Assembly: GCA_025060135.1 (NCBI GenBank)
Contig: JANXCY010000012.1
Location: forward strand, 4,224 to 68,223
DNA: 64,000 bases
Direction: 5' to 3'
From: Anaerolineae bacterium
GTDB taxonomy: Bacteria > Chloroflexota > Anaerolineae > B4-G1 > DUEL01
Positions within the stretch are counted from its first letter, which is position 1, and every line of letters starts with the position of its first letter. The notes below the pieces were generated by a model that was not told the DNA's origin, ran no database searches, and saw only the letters and a list, made by a program, of their open reading frames with translations. Both the position numbers and the translations under genes were made by a program. Shown one piece after another: positions 37,642-46,554 of this stretch.

Positions 37642-38802
37642 TCACACCAACCGGATCCGATGGCGGGGTAGGGTGCGGCCCTTCCAAGTTGCCCGACCTG
37701 TCGCCGTCCAGAGAAGGGAGCGGAAGGCAATGAAGACCAGTAGCAGGATGTGCACCGGGTACAGAAACGCCAGATAGAAGGGGAAGCGTAGCCGGGCCAT
37801 CGCGATGCCCCAGAGCGCCAGCATCTCCCCCACCGCCAGCAGCGCGGGCCAGAAGGCAAAGACGTTCCGCCCGACCCCCAGCGGCCAGAGAATGGCAACC
37901 GCCAGGGGCTCCACCGTTACCAGTGCCATCCACAACCAGACGAAGAGATATTCCGCCAGGCGGAAGTCAAACACGGCGAAGAGGTTTTTGGTAAATCCCT
38001 CCAGCGCGGCGCGAAAACTAGCGTACATCCGACAGGAGACGAAGTCCCCCAAGTCCACAATCCGCCAGCGGAGTCCCCGCGCCTTCACCCGTTGGCCCAG
38101 CGCAATATCGTCCACGGGATGGTTCCGCACGGCCGCGTGCCCTCCGATGCCCATATACGCCGACCGCCGGAAGAGCATCCACTGCCCGTTGGTCAGGGAA
38201 AGGGCGGGCATGCGCACCCGGTGAGCCAGGGCCAGGGGGAGGAAGGAGAAAAAGCACCAGAAAATGGTCGGCACGGTTAGCCGTTCGCCCCAAGTGATGA
38301 GCCGCTGATGGAGAAAACCACTCAGCAGGTCGGCCTGCTCCTCCAGGAGCGCGGCGACTCCCAGCCGGAGAGCCCAGGGATGATGGATGGTATCCGCGTC
38401 GGTGAAGAGAAGGAGTTCCCCTGTCGCTGCCTCGGCCAGTTGCTGGCAGGCCCAGTGCTTGCCCAGCCACCCCTCTGGCAATGGACGGCCCACCAGCACC
38501 CGAAGCCGGCTCTCCTCCCGCGCCAGCGCAGCCAGAACCGCCCCCGTCCCATCCGTGGAGCCATCGTCCAGCACCAGAACCTCAAAATCCGGATAGTCTT
38601 GAGCCAGAAGCGAACGAAGGCAATGGCGGATGACCGCCTCCTCGTTGCGTACAGGAACCAGAATGGAGACGCGGGGCAAACACGGGGGAACGGCATATTT
38701 ACCCAGACATCGTAGAGCCCTTAGGTTGCTGACCGCGATAAGGAGCAGGACGCCCAGAAAAACGACGATGCCGAGTTGATGGCGAAACCAGAAAGAAGTC
38801 AA
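37642..38802 (-). CDS. membrane-embedded family 2 glycosyltransferase
   Basis: GT-A motifs VSILVPVRNEE and VLVLDDGSTDGT, a DAD-like motif (FTDADTIH) and C-terminal TM helices. Convergent with the sugar transferase gene. Confidence 0.8.
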   Translation of the reverse strand: MTSFWFRHQLGIVVFLGVLLLIAVSNLRALRCLGKYAVPPCLPRVSILVPVRNEEAVIRHCLRSLLAQDYPDFEVLVLDDGSTDGTGAVLAALAREESRLRVLVGRPLPEGWLGKHWACQQLAEAATGELLLFTDADTIHHPWALRLGVAALLEEQADLLSGFLHQRLITWGERLTVPTIFWCFFSFLPLALAHRVRMPALSLTNGQWMLFRRSAYMGIGGHAAVRNHPVDDIALGQRVKARGLRWRIVDLGDFVSCRMYASFRAALEGFTKNLFAVFDFRLAEYLFVWLWMALVTVEPLAVAILWPLGVGRNVFAFWPALLAVGEMLALWGIAMARLRFPFYLAFLYPVHILLLVFIAFRSLLWTATGRATWKGRTLPRHRIRLV

Positions 38803-38841
38803 CGAAATCTCCCAGCGCTCAAAGCGTTTTCGCAGTGGCGA

Positions 38842-39564
38842 TTACCCTTTCCCGATCAATCGCCGGAGCCAGGGCCGGGCCCGGGGCGGCGTTCTCAGGT
38901 CGCGCCGGTGCTTCCAGAGGATCAGGGCCATGTTCCCTGCCCAGAGAGCCAGCAGGAACCCGGCTGCGCCCGTGAACAGCAGATAGGCTCCCAGGACAGC
39001 CACACCGAAGACCGCCGACCAGGCATCGGTCTGGTTCAGAGCAACAGCCAGCGCCAGGGCCAGCCCCATGAGCGTGGGGCCGGCCCAGAGGGTCAGCCCA
39101 CTCCAGACCCCAAAGGTAACGGCGATGGCCTTGCCACCCCGGAAGCGCAGGAAGGGCGAGAAGGCATGCCCCAGAACCGGTGCCAGCGCGACCGGGACCA
39201 GCCCCCAGCCGTCTATACCGACCCCGAATCGGGCCAGACCCACCGGCGCCGCACCTTTCAGGTAGTCCAGCAGCAGGGCTGGAACGCCGGCCCGCCAGCC
39301 GCCTGCCCGCCAGGCGTTGGCCGCGCCGGGGTTGCCATCCCCGTAGCGGCGGACATCAGCCCGGGCCACCAGTCGCCCCAGCCAGACCGAAAACGGCAGA
39401 GAACCAGAGAAGAAGCCCACTACCGCCCAGAGGAGAACCGGACCCAGAGATATTCCGGATAGTGGCATATCCATCTCCTCCAACAGCGGGTATGCCCCAA
39501 TCACCGGAGCAAGCACTAGGGCGGCTCCCATCGCCACCACGACGATCCGTATTCCGTTTCCCAT
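38842..39564 (-). CDS. plsY: glycerol-3-phosphate acyltransferase PlsY
   Basis: GDGNPGAANAWRAGG motif (PlsY GSGNxGATN equivalent), about 5 TM and a KGAAP-like motif. Confidence 0.8.
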   Translation of the reverse strand: MGNGIRIVVVAMGAALVLAPVIGAYPLLEEMDMPLSGISLGPVLLWAVVGFFSGSLPFSVWLGRLVARADVRRYGDGNPGAANAWRAGGWRAGVPALLLDYLKGAAPVGLARFGVGIDGWGLVPVALAPVLGHAFSPFLRFRGGKAIAVTFGVWSGLTLWAGPTLMGLALALAVALNQTDAWSAVFGVAVLGAYLLFTGAAGFLLALWAGNMALILWKHRRDLRTPPRARPWLRRLIGKG

Positions 39565-39746
39565 TGTTCAACCTTGGATGCACAGATTCCCTTCCCTGAG
39601 GATGGCCGCCTGAGCAGAATGGAAAGGCTTGCGCACTGGCTTTTTGAAGAGTATACTTGAAAATACAAAATCTGACAACGGCACAGTCTTGATGGTAGAC
39701 AAGTCCGTTTCGAACCCCATTCTGGTGGCACGTTTCAGGAGGCCCC

Positions 39747-42700
39747 ATGTCCAGCGATTTTCTCTTTCGCGGTAACTTGGAAGAACTGGACCCCTTTATG
39801 GCCGACCTCATCCGCTGGGAGCAGGAGCGTCAGGCCCGGAAACTCATCCTTATCCCCTCTGAGTCCTACGCCCCGAAAGCCGTTCGGGAGGCCGAGGGTT
39901 CTGTTTTCCAGAACGTCTATGCCGAGGGCTATCCGCCCCTGCGGATGACCCGCGATCCGGAGGAGCGGCTGCGGGACGTGGCCTGGCAACTGGCCTTCTA
40001 TCGCCGCTACGCCGACCGCCGCTTCTACAAGGGGGTGGACTACGTCCACCTGGTGGAGTGTCTGGCCCAGCGCCGCTGTGCCGAACTCTTCGCCCACGAC
40101 AGCGTCCGCCCGGAGCACATCTTCGTCAACGTCCAGCCCCTCTCCGGCGCTGCGGCCAACCTCGCCATCTACCAGGCCCTGATGAAACCCGGCGACATCC
40201 TGATGGGGATGGACCTCTTCCAGGGCGGCCACCTGACCCACGGCTCCGAGTTCAACTTCTCCGGCCGCTGGTACCGCCGGGTCTCCTACGGCGTGGACCC
40301 GAAGACGGAGCGGCTGGACTACGACGCGATTCGGGACCTGGCCCGTCAGCACCGGCCGCGCGTCATCGTCGCCGGATACACCTCCTACCCCTGGGCACCC
40401 GACTGGCACGCCTTTCGCTCCATCGCCGACGAGGTGGGAGCGTATCTCGTCGCCGACATTGCCCATACCGCCGGGATGGCCGCCGCCGGAGCCTATCCCA
40501 ATCCCGTTGGCATCGCCCATATCACCGTCTTCACCACTCACAAGACCATCTGCGGGCCCCGCGGCGCCTGCATCCTGACCACCGATGAGGTGCTGGCCCA
40601 GGCCATAGACCTGGCCGTCTTCCCCGGCGAACAGGGCGGGCCCCACGTCAACAAGTTCGCCGCGATGGCCGTCGCCTTCCAACTGGCCCAGACGGAACAG
40701 TTCCGCCGCCTTCAGCACCAGATCGTCGCCAACGCCAAGGTCCTCGCGGAGGCCCTCCGGAAGCGGGGGCTTCGGCTGGCCTACGGCGGCACAGATACCC
40801 ACCTGCTGGTGGTGGACCTGAAGTCCATCCCCACCCGAACGGGCTATCCCCTCTGGGGGGAACCGGCGGCCCGCATCCTGGACCTGGCTGGTATCGTCGT
40901 TAACAAAAACACCATTCCAGGCGACACGATGACCGCGCTGGCCACGGGCATCCGCATGGGCACCCCGTGGGTTACCCAGCGGGGATTGGCCGAGGAGGAC
41001 ATGGAGACCCTGGCCAACCTTATCGCCCGACTCCTCTTCGCCATCCAGCCCTTCGCCTACAACGGCCTGGTGGGCACCCTCCCGCGCGGGAAGGTGGACC
41101 TAGACGTCCTGGAGGAGGTCCGGGCGGGCGTGGCGAAGTTGGCGGAAAAGGCCGGAATTGACGTTGAGTACACCCCCTCCGGTTACCCCCACTTCTACTC
41201 CTTCGGTCCGGATGGGAAGAATCCCCCGGCGCTGCGGGTGGTCGGCTGGCGGGCCCGGCAGTTCGTCCAGCAGGTGGTTACTGCCAACATTGCCGACCTG
41301 GAGCCGGGCGGGGCCAAAAAGGCCCGGATGCTGGATCGCCACGGCAGCCTCATCGCCGAAGTGGTCGTCCAGCGAGAAGAGCCGGACCCCTGGGGCCGGG
41401 ATCGCTACCTCATCTTCCCGAAGGCCGACGGAGGCCGGGTCGCAGCGTGGCTCCGGGCCCTCTCCGACGGCTACATCCTCTTTGACGAAACCGACATCCA
41501 CCGCAAGATTGAGGGGCCGGTGGTGGTGGAGGAGGTTCCTCATCCCCCGCCTGGCGGTTTCGCCGGAGAGTGGGGTGAGGAAATAGACCTCACCAAACCC
41601 TACTTCATCGGCCAATCCGCCCTCACGAAAAACGCGGTACGCAACATGCCATACCCGGAGTGGCACTGGGAGGAGCGGGAATCCCCCCTCAAACGCACTC
41701 CTCTCTACGAGACCCATAAGCAAATGGGCGCCAGGATGGCTCCCTTCGCCGGATGGGAGATGCCCCTCTGGTACACCTCTGTGGGGGAAGAGCACCGCGC
41801 CGTGCGGGAGACGGCGGGCCTGTTTGATGTGGCCCATATGGGCGTCTTTGAGATCGCCGGGCCGCACGCTACCGCCTTTCTGGATGCCGTCTGCACCAAC
41901 TACGTCGCCTGGCTGGAGGACGGCCAGTCCCTCTATGGCTATCTCCTGGACCCCGACGGCAACGTCATAGACGACGTGATGATTTACCGCCGCCGGGCCG
42001 ACCTCTATCTGATGGTCGTCAACGCCGCCAACGAGGAGAAAGATTGGGACTGGCTGAACGGGGTGAACGAGCGCCGGGTCCTCATTGACCGGGCCCGCCC
42101 CTGGGTGCGGATAGAGGCCCCGGCCATCCTGCGTAACCTCAAGGACCCGGCCTCCGGTGAGCGCCAGAAGCGGGACCTGGCCCTACAGGGCCCCGCGTCG
42201 CTCCCCACCCTGCTGGCACTGGCCGACGGAGACCGGTTCCGCACCGCACTGGCCCGCCTGCGTCGGACGGACCTGCTGGAGGGGTCGCTGGCGGGGATTC
42301 CCGTCGTCGTTGCCCGAACCGGCTACACGGGCGAGGAGTGGGGCTACGAGATTTTCGTCCATCCCGACCCGATGCCTGCGCTTTGGGAGAAAATTCTGGA
42401 GGCCGGAGAGCGGTACGGCGTCCGACCAGCAGGTCTGGGCGCGCGCGATTCCACCCGCACTGAGGCCGGTCTTCCCCTCTATGGCCACGAACTGGCGGGC
42501 CCCTTCCACATCTCGCCCATAGAAGCGGGCTTCGCCGGATACGTCAAGTACCACAAGCCCTTCTTCATCGGTCGGGACGCGCTCCTCGCGCGGGAAGGAA
42601 CGCGCGACCGGGAGGTCATTCGCTTTCGCGTCGCCGAGAAAGGCGTCCGTCGCCCCCAGACCGGCGACCCGGTAGTCAACCGCCGGGGACAACTCATCGG

Positions 42701-42932
42701 CCACGTTACCAGTTGCTCCATTGATGGGGAGGGGTATCTGATAGGAATGGCCATCCTGAAGAAGCAATACAATGTGCCAGGGACGGAGATCGCCATCTTC
42801 CCGCTGGGCGGAAAGTCTCTGGAGGAGGCAGTGGGGACTGACCGGGCCATTCTGCCCGTAACAGCAACGGTGCTCCCGCGTTTCCGTGAGCGCGCGATGG
42901 AGACTCAGGTCTGGCGGACAGTGGAGGACTGA
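39747..42932 (+). CDS. 1061-aa fusion: a divergent serine hydroxymethyltransferase-like PLP domain, a partial GcvT-like segment and a full aminomethyltransferase (GcvT) domain
   Basis: AGGAGG RBS 7 nt before the ATG. Residues 1 to about 440 carry SHMT signatures (LIPSESYAPKAV.EAEGSV..N.YAEGYP, SGAAANLAIYQAL, GGHLTHGS, TTHKTICGPRGA with the PLP lysine), plus an atypical insertion replacing the canonical GKRYYGGCE segment. Residues 485 to about 650 resemble a GcvT N-lobe and barrel fragment (ARQFVQQVVTANIADL, KPYFIGQSAL). Residues 655 to about 1050 match GcvT (TPLYETHKQMGARMAPFAGWEMPLWYTS..EHRAVRETAGLFDVAHMG, ..PFFIGRDAL). There is no in-frame stop anywhere. Confidence 0.85.
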   Translation: MSSDFLFRGNLEELDPFMADLIRWEQERQARKLILIPSESYAPKAVREAEGSVFQNVYAEGYPPLRMTRDPEERLRDVAWQLAFYRRYADRRFYKGVDYVHLVECLAQRRCAELFAHDSVRPEHIFVNVQPLSGAAANLAIYQALMKPGDILMGMDLFQGGHLTHGSEFNFSGRWYRRVSYGVDPKTERLDYDAIRDLARQHRPRVIVAGYTSYPWAPDWHAFRSIADEVGAYLVADIAHTAGMAAAGAYPNPVGIAHITVFTTHKTICGPRGACILTTDEVLAQAIDLAVFPGEQGGPHVNKFAAMAVAFQLAQTEQFRRLQHQIVANAKVLAEALRKRGLRLAYGGTDTHLLVVDLKSIPTRTGYPLWGEPAARILDLAGIVVNKNTIPGDTMTALATGIRMGTPWVTQRGLAEEDMETLANLIARLLFAIQPFAYNGLVGTLPRGKVDLDVLEEVRAGVAKLAEKAGIDVEYTPSGYPHFYSFGPDGKNPPALRVVGWRARQFVQQVVTANIADLEPGGAKKARMLDRHGSLIAEVVVQREEPDPWGRDRYLIFPKADGGRVAAWLRALSDGYILFDETDIHRKIEGPVVVEEVPHPPPGGFAGEWGEEIDLTKPYFIGQSALTKNAVRNMPYPEWHWEERESPLKRTPLYETHKQMGARMAPFAGWEMPLWYTSVGEEHRAVRETAGLFDVAHMGVFEIAGPHATAFLDAVCTNYVAWLEDGQSLYGYLLDPDGNVIDDVMIYRRRADLYLMVVNAANEEKDWDWLNGVNERRVLIDRARPWVRIEAPAILRNLKDPASGERQKRDLALQGPASLPTLLALADGDRFRTALARLRRTDLLEGSLAGIPVVVARTGYTGEEWGYEIFVHPDPMPALWEKILEAGERYGVRPAGLGARDSTRTEAGLPLYGHELAGPFHISPIEAGFAGYVKYHKPFFIGRDALLAREGTRDREVIRFRVAEKGVRRPQTGDPVVNRRGQLIGHVTSCSIDGEGYLIGMAILKKQYNVPGTEIAIFPLGGKSLEEAVGTDRAILPVTATVLPRFRERAMETQVWRTVED

Positions 42933-42997
42933 GAAACGCCAACCGACGTAGATGGAACCCCAAGAGTTCAAAATTCCCACGCGTCCTCGTTTTTCTG

Positions 42998-43939
42998 ATG
43001 ATAGAAGAACTCCGAGCCCAGGCCCGCTCTCTGGGGTTTGACCTGCTGGGTGTGGCTCCGCCGGTTCCGCCGCTGGAGGCTGTCCGCGCCTACCGGGCGT
43101 GGCTGGCAGCCGGCTACCACGGCGAGATGGCCTATATGGCCCGCCCGGACCGGGTCGCCGGGCGGGAGGACCCGGCCCTCCTCCTGCCCAGAGTCCGGGC
43201 CATCGTCTGTGTGGCCGTCAACTATTATCCTGGCGACGCGCCGCCCTCTCCGGAGAACGCCGGACCGGTCGGTCGCATCTCTCGCTACGCCTGGGGAGCG
43301 GACTATCACGACTGGATGCGCCCGCGGCTGGAGGCGCTGGCGGGCTTCATCCGAGAGCGGACGGGCGGCACGGCCCGCCATCGCGCCTACACGGATACCG
43401 GCCCTCTTCTGGAACGGGCACTGGCAGCGCAGGCCGGGTTGGGCTTCATCGGCAAAAACACTTGTCTCATCCATCCCCGCTTCGGGTCCTGGCTTTTTCT
43501 GGGAGAGATTCTCGTGGACGTGGACCTGCCTTTCACGGGGCCGCCGGCCCCATCCCGCTGCGGCACCTGCACCCGCTGCCTGGACGCCTGTCCGACCGGC
43601 GCGCTGGTGGCCCCGTATGTGCTGGATGCCCGCCGATGCATCTCCTACCTGACGGTAGAATATCGGGGGGATATCCCCTCCGACCTGCAGCCCCGGCTGA
43701 GGAACTGGGTTTACGGATGTGATGTCTGCCAGGAGGTCTGCCCGTGGGGACGCTTCGCCCACCCCACCGCCGTCGCCGACTTCCTCCCCACCTCCCCCGA
43801 CCGGACCGCCCCGCCCCTGGCCGACCTGCTGGCACTGGACGAAGCGGCTTTCCAGCGGCGCTTCGGCGGGAGCCCGATTGCCCGTATCGGAGTGGAGCGG
43901 TTGAAGCGGAACGCACGGGCGGTACTCACCGATAGATAG
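42998..43939 (+). CDS. queG: epoxyqueuosine reductase
   Basis: 313 aa. QueG core with a tandem 4Fe-4S ferredoxin motif (CGTCTRCLDACPTGA; CDVCQEVCPWG) and YAWGADYHD. Confidence 0.9.
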   Translation: MIEELRAQARSLGFDLLGVAPPVPPLEAVRAYRAWLAAGYHGEMAYMARPDRVAGREDPALLLPRVRAIVCVAVNYYPGDAPPSPENAGPVGRISRYAWGADYHDWMRPRLEALAGFIRERTGGTARHRAYTDTGPLLERALAAQAGLGFIGKNTCLIHPRFGSWLFLGEILVDVDLPFTGPPAPSRCGTCTRCLDACPTGALVAPYVLDARRCISYLTVEYRGDIPSDLQPRLRNWVYGCDVCQEVCPWGRFAHPTAVADFLPTSPDRTAPPLADLLALDEAAFQRRFGGSPIARIGVERLKRNARAVLTDR

Positions 43940-44005
43940 GATTTGAGGGGCGGCGGCCGGGCCGCTGCCCCCCAACCCTCTCGGTGCCCCAGGGCTATAC
44001 CGGTC

Positions 44006-45256
44006 ATGCCTGGTGTGATCTCCTCGGTCCATCCCAATAGTCTGGCCGCGCGCCTGGGCCTGCGCCCCGGCGACGAACTGCTGAGTATCAACGGCCACCC
44101 TCTCCGGGACGTCATTGACGTCCAGTTCTACGGGGCCCAGGAGCAACTGACCCTGCGCGTCCGTCGGGGAGGAGAAGATCAGACCCTGCGGGCGCGTCGC
44201 CGGTACGATGAGCCCCTGGGCCTGGAGTTCGCCCGACCCACCTTTGATACGGACATCCGCCGCTGCGACAACCGCTGCGAGTTCTGTTTCGTCCACCAGA
44301 TACCCCCAGGCCTGCGCCCTTCCCTCTACATCAAAGATGACGACTATCGCCACTCTTTCCTCTTTGGCAACTATATCACCCTGACCAACCTGACGGAGGA
44401 AGATTGGAGACGCATCGGGGAGCAACACTTAAGCCCCCTCTACGTCTCTGTCCACGCCACCGACCCCGACCTCCGGCGGCAGATGCTGGGCAACCCCCGC
44501 GCCCCGGACGTGATGGAGGGATTGCGTCGCCTGGCCCGCATGGGCATAGAAGTTCACACCCAACTGGTCCTGGTGCCGGGCCGGAACGATGGCCCTCACC
44601 TGGATCGCTCCATCGGTGACCTGGCCGAACTGTACCCCTCCGTTCGCTCTGTCAGTGTCGTTCCGGTGGGGTTGACGAAGTACCACCGAGGCAGTTGCCG
44701 ACCCTACACCCGGGAGGAGATGCGCGGGGTCTGGGAGCAGGTAACGGCCTGGCAGCAGCGGCTGTATCGGCGGCTGGGCGTCCGTTTTGTCTATCTGAGC
44801 GACGAGTGGATGCTCTGCCTGGGGGAGGAGATTCCCCCACGCGCGGCCTACGACGGCCTGGACCTGCGGGAGAACGGGGTGGGACTGGTACGGGCATTGC
44901 TGGATACGTGGCCCCGCCTCCGGCGGAGCCTGGCCCGCTATGGCGGCCCCCAGACCTGGGCCACTGGCGGGCTCTTTGCCCCGCACCTGGAAGAACTGGC
45001 CCGGGACTTCACCAACCGCACCGGCATCCCGGTCCAGGTCGTCTCTGTTCCCAACCGTTTCTTCGGCGAAACGGTAACAGTGGCTGGTCTGCTCACCGGC
45101 CAGGACGTGCTGGCGGTCCTGCGGGAGCGCCTGCCGGAGGGAACCGTTGTCCTGCCTGCGGTAATGTTTCGGGGCCCCGAGGGGCAGGCACTGGACGAGA
45201 TGCGGCGGGAGGATCTGGAGAAGGCCCTGGGGCGCCCGGTCGTGCTGGCCGGGTGA
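44006..45256 (+). CDS. PDZ domain plus radical-SAM-like DUF512 protein
   Basis: Start corrected to MPGVISSVHPNSLAARLGLRPGDELLSINGHPL (PDZ). A CX3CX2C cluster (CDNRCEFC) is followed by a TIM-barrel-like region. Overall it fits the DUF512 architecture. Confidence 0.7.
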   Translation: MPGVISSVHPNSLAARLGLRPGDELLSINGHPLRDVIDVQFYGAQEQLTLRVRRGGEDQTLRARRRYDEPLGLEFARPTFDTDIRRCDNRCEFCFVHQIPPGLRPSLYIKDDDYRHSFLFGNYITLTNLTEEDWRRIGEQHLSPLYVSVHATDPDLRRQMLGNPRAPDVMEGLRRLARMGIEVHTQLVLVPGRNDGPHLDRSIGDLAELYPSVRSVSVVPVGLTKYHRGSCRPYTREEMRGVWEQVTAWQQRLYRRLGVRFVYLSDEWMLCLGEEIPPRAAYDGLDLRENGVGLVRALLDTWPRLRRSLARYGGPQTWATGGLFAPHLEELARDFTNRTGIPVQVVSVPNRFFGETVTVAGLLTGQDVLAVLRERLPEGTVVLPAVMFRGPEGQALDEMRREDLEKALGRPVVLAG

Positions 45257-45385
45257 TGTGGACATCGCGCGGGCTGTCGGCCCAGAGGCACCACCTTTCG
45301 CACGTAGCGCAGGTTAAGAAAATCCGCTCTCGTCCGCGTTCATCCGCGTCCGATTTCCGATGAGAGTGGTGATGGGGAGGGAACG

Positions 45386-46384
45386 ATGAAAGCTATGCTT
45401 CTATCCTCACCCCGTCCGATCCATGAGCGCCCCCTGGAGATGGCCGACCTGCCGCTTCCGGTGCCTGGCCCGGGGGAAATCCGCCTGCGGGTGCGGGCCT
45501 GTGGTATCTGCCACACAGACCTGCACACAGTGGAAGGAGACCTGCCTCTCCCCAAACGGCCTGTTGTCCCTGGCCATCAGATTGTCGGGGAGGTGGAGGC
45601 CGTCGGGGAGGGAGTGAGCCGGTTTGTTCCCGGGCAGCGGGTGGGCGTCCCCTGGCTCTACCGGACCTGTGGCGAATGCGAGTTCTGTCGACGGGGGCTG
45701 GAAAACCTCTGCCGTCAGGCTCGGTTCACTGGCCTCCATGCTGATGGCGGCTACGCCGAAGCGACCGTCGTCCATCAGGAGTTCGCCTATCCGCTTCCGG
45801 AGGGGTTCTCGGACGTGGAGGCTGCGCCGCTCCTCTGCGCGGGGATCATCGGCTATCGCGCCCTGCGGATGAGCGGGGTTCGGCCCGGGGAGCGGCTGGG
45901 GATGTGGGGATTCGGTGCATCGGCCCACCTCACCCTCCAAGTCGCGCGCCATCGGGGATGCGAGGTCTACGTCTTCACCCGGGGGGAGGGGCACCGGCGG
46001 CTGGCGCTGGAACTGGGAGCCGCCTGGGTCGGACGCGCGGAGGACGACCCGCCCGCGCCCCTCCACGGCGGCATCATCTTCGCACCAGCCGGAAGTCTGG
46101 TGCCGGAGGCGTTGCGGGTCCTGGAGCGGGGCGGCACCCTGGCCCTGGCCGGGGTTACCATGACCCCCATTCCGGAACTGGATTACCACCGGTTGCTCTA
46201 CTGGGAGCGGGGAGTCCGCAGCGTGGCCAACTTCACCCGGCAGGACGCGGAGGAATTCCTCCGGCTGGCAGCGGAAATCCCCGTCCGGGTGGCCGTGCAG
46301 ACCTTTCCGCTGGAAGCGGCCAACGAGGCGCTGCGGGCCCTGAAAGAGGGCCGGATCAACGGGGCAGGTGTGCTGGTGATATAA
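45386..46384 (+). CDS. zinc-dependent alcohol dehydrogenase (MDR family)
   Basis: GICHTDLH catalytic-Zn motif, structural-Zn cysteines (CGECEFCRRGLENLC) and a Rossmann GFGASAH. Confidence 0.85.
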   Translation: MKAMLLSSPRPIHERPLEMADLPLPVPGPGEIRLRVRACGICHTDLHTVEGDLPLPKRPVVPGHQIVGEVEAVGEGVSRFVPGQRVGVPWLYRTCGECEFCRRGLENLCRQARFTGLHADGGYAEATVVHQEFAYPLPEGFSDVEAAPLLCAGIIGYRALRMSGVRPGERLGMWGFGASAHLTLQVARHRGCEVYVFTRGEGHRRLALELGAAWVGRAEDDPPAPLHGGIIFAPAGSLVPEALRVLERGGTLALAGVTMTPIPELDYHRLLYWERGVRSVANFTRQDAEEFLRLAAEIPVRVAVQTFPLEAANEALRALKEGRINGAGVLVI

Positions 46385-46428
46385 ACGGCGGGGATGGCCA
46401 TCCGGAAGGACCATCCCCGCGCACCGGA

Positions 46429-46502
46429 TGCCCCTGGCGCGACTCGAACGCGCGACCAAGAACTTAGGAGGTTCCTGCTCTATCCTTCTGAGCTACAGGG
46501 GC
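46429..46502 (-). tRNA. tRNA-Arg (anticodon CCT), 74 nt, CCA not encoded
   Basis: Manually folded: acceptor GCCCCTG/CAGGGGC, D-arm GCTC-AGAAGGATA-GAGC, anticodon stem GGAAC/GTTCT with loop CTCCTAA, variable loop TGGTC, T-arm GCGCG-TTCGAGT-CGCGC and discriminator A. Confidence 0.88.
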
Positions 46503-46554
46503 GGACAAGATATATTATACCCCGAAATCGTCCCGAGGACAATCGGCCTGATGC

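Noticed and set aside
39700-39730. TTCGAACC motif suggestive of a tRNA T-loop on the minus strand
   Set aside because: The flanking 5-mers are not complementary (no T-stem) and no acceptor stem can be formed.
39565-39746. Glycine riboswitch upstream of the SHMT-GcvT fusion
   Set aside because: I looked for it because gcvT genes commonly carry tandem glycine aptamers. I found no ACCGAAGGGGCAA-type cores or GGAGAG/CUCUGGAGAG elements. The region instead looks like a plain promoter plus an AGGAGG RBS.
42968-44428. 486-aa minus-strand ORF spanning the queG and DUF512 loci
   Set aside because: It is antisense to two plus-strand genes with clear homology (QueG Fe-S motifs; PDZ/radical SAM). It is a low-complexity Gly/Arg/Pro-rich translation typical of spurious antisense frames in high-GC DNA.
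46395-46428. SRP (4.5S) RNA domain-IV-like hairpin UCC-GGAA-GGA
   Set aside because: Only the tetraloop and three flanking pairs match. The conserved symmetric and asymmetric internal loops (AGCAGC / GGUCAGG) are missing and the element is just 29 nt. It is more plausibly a terminator hairpin.
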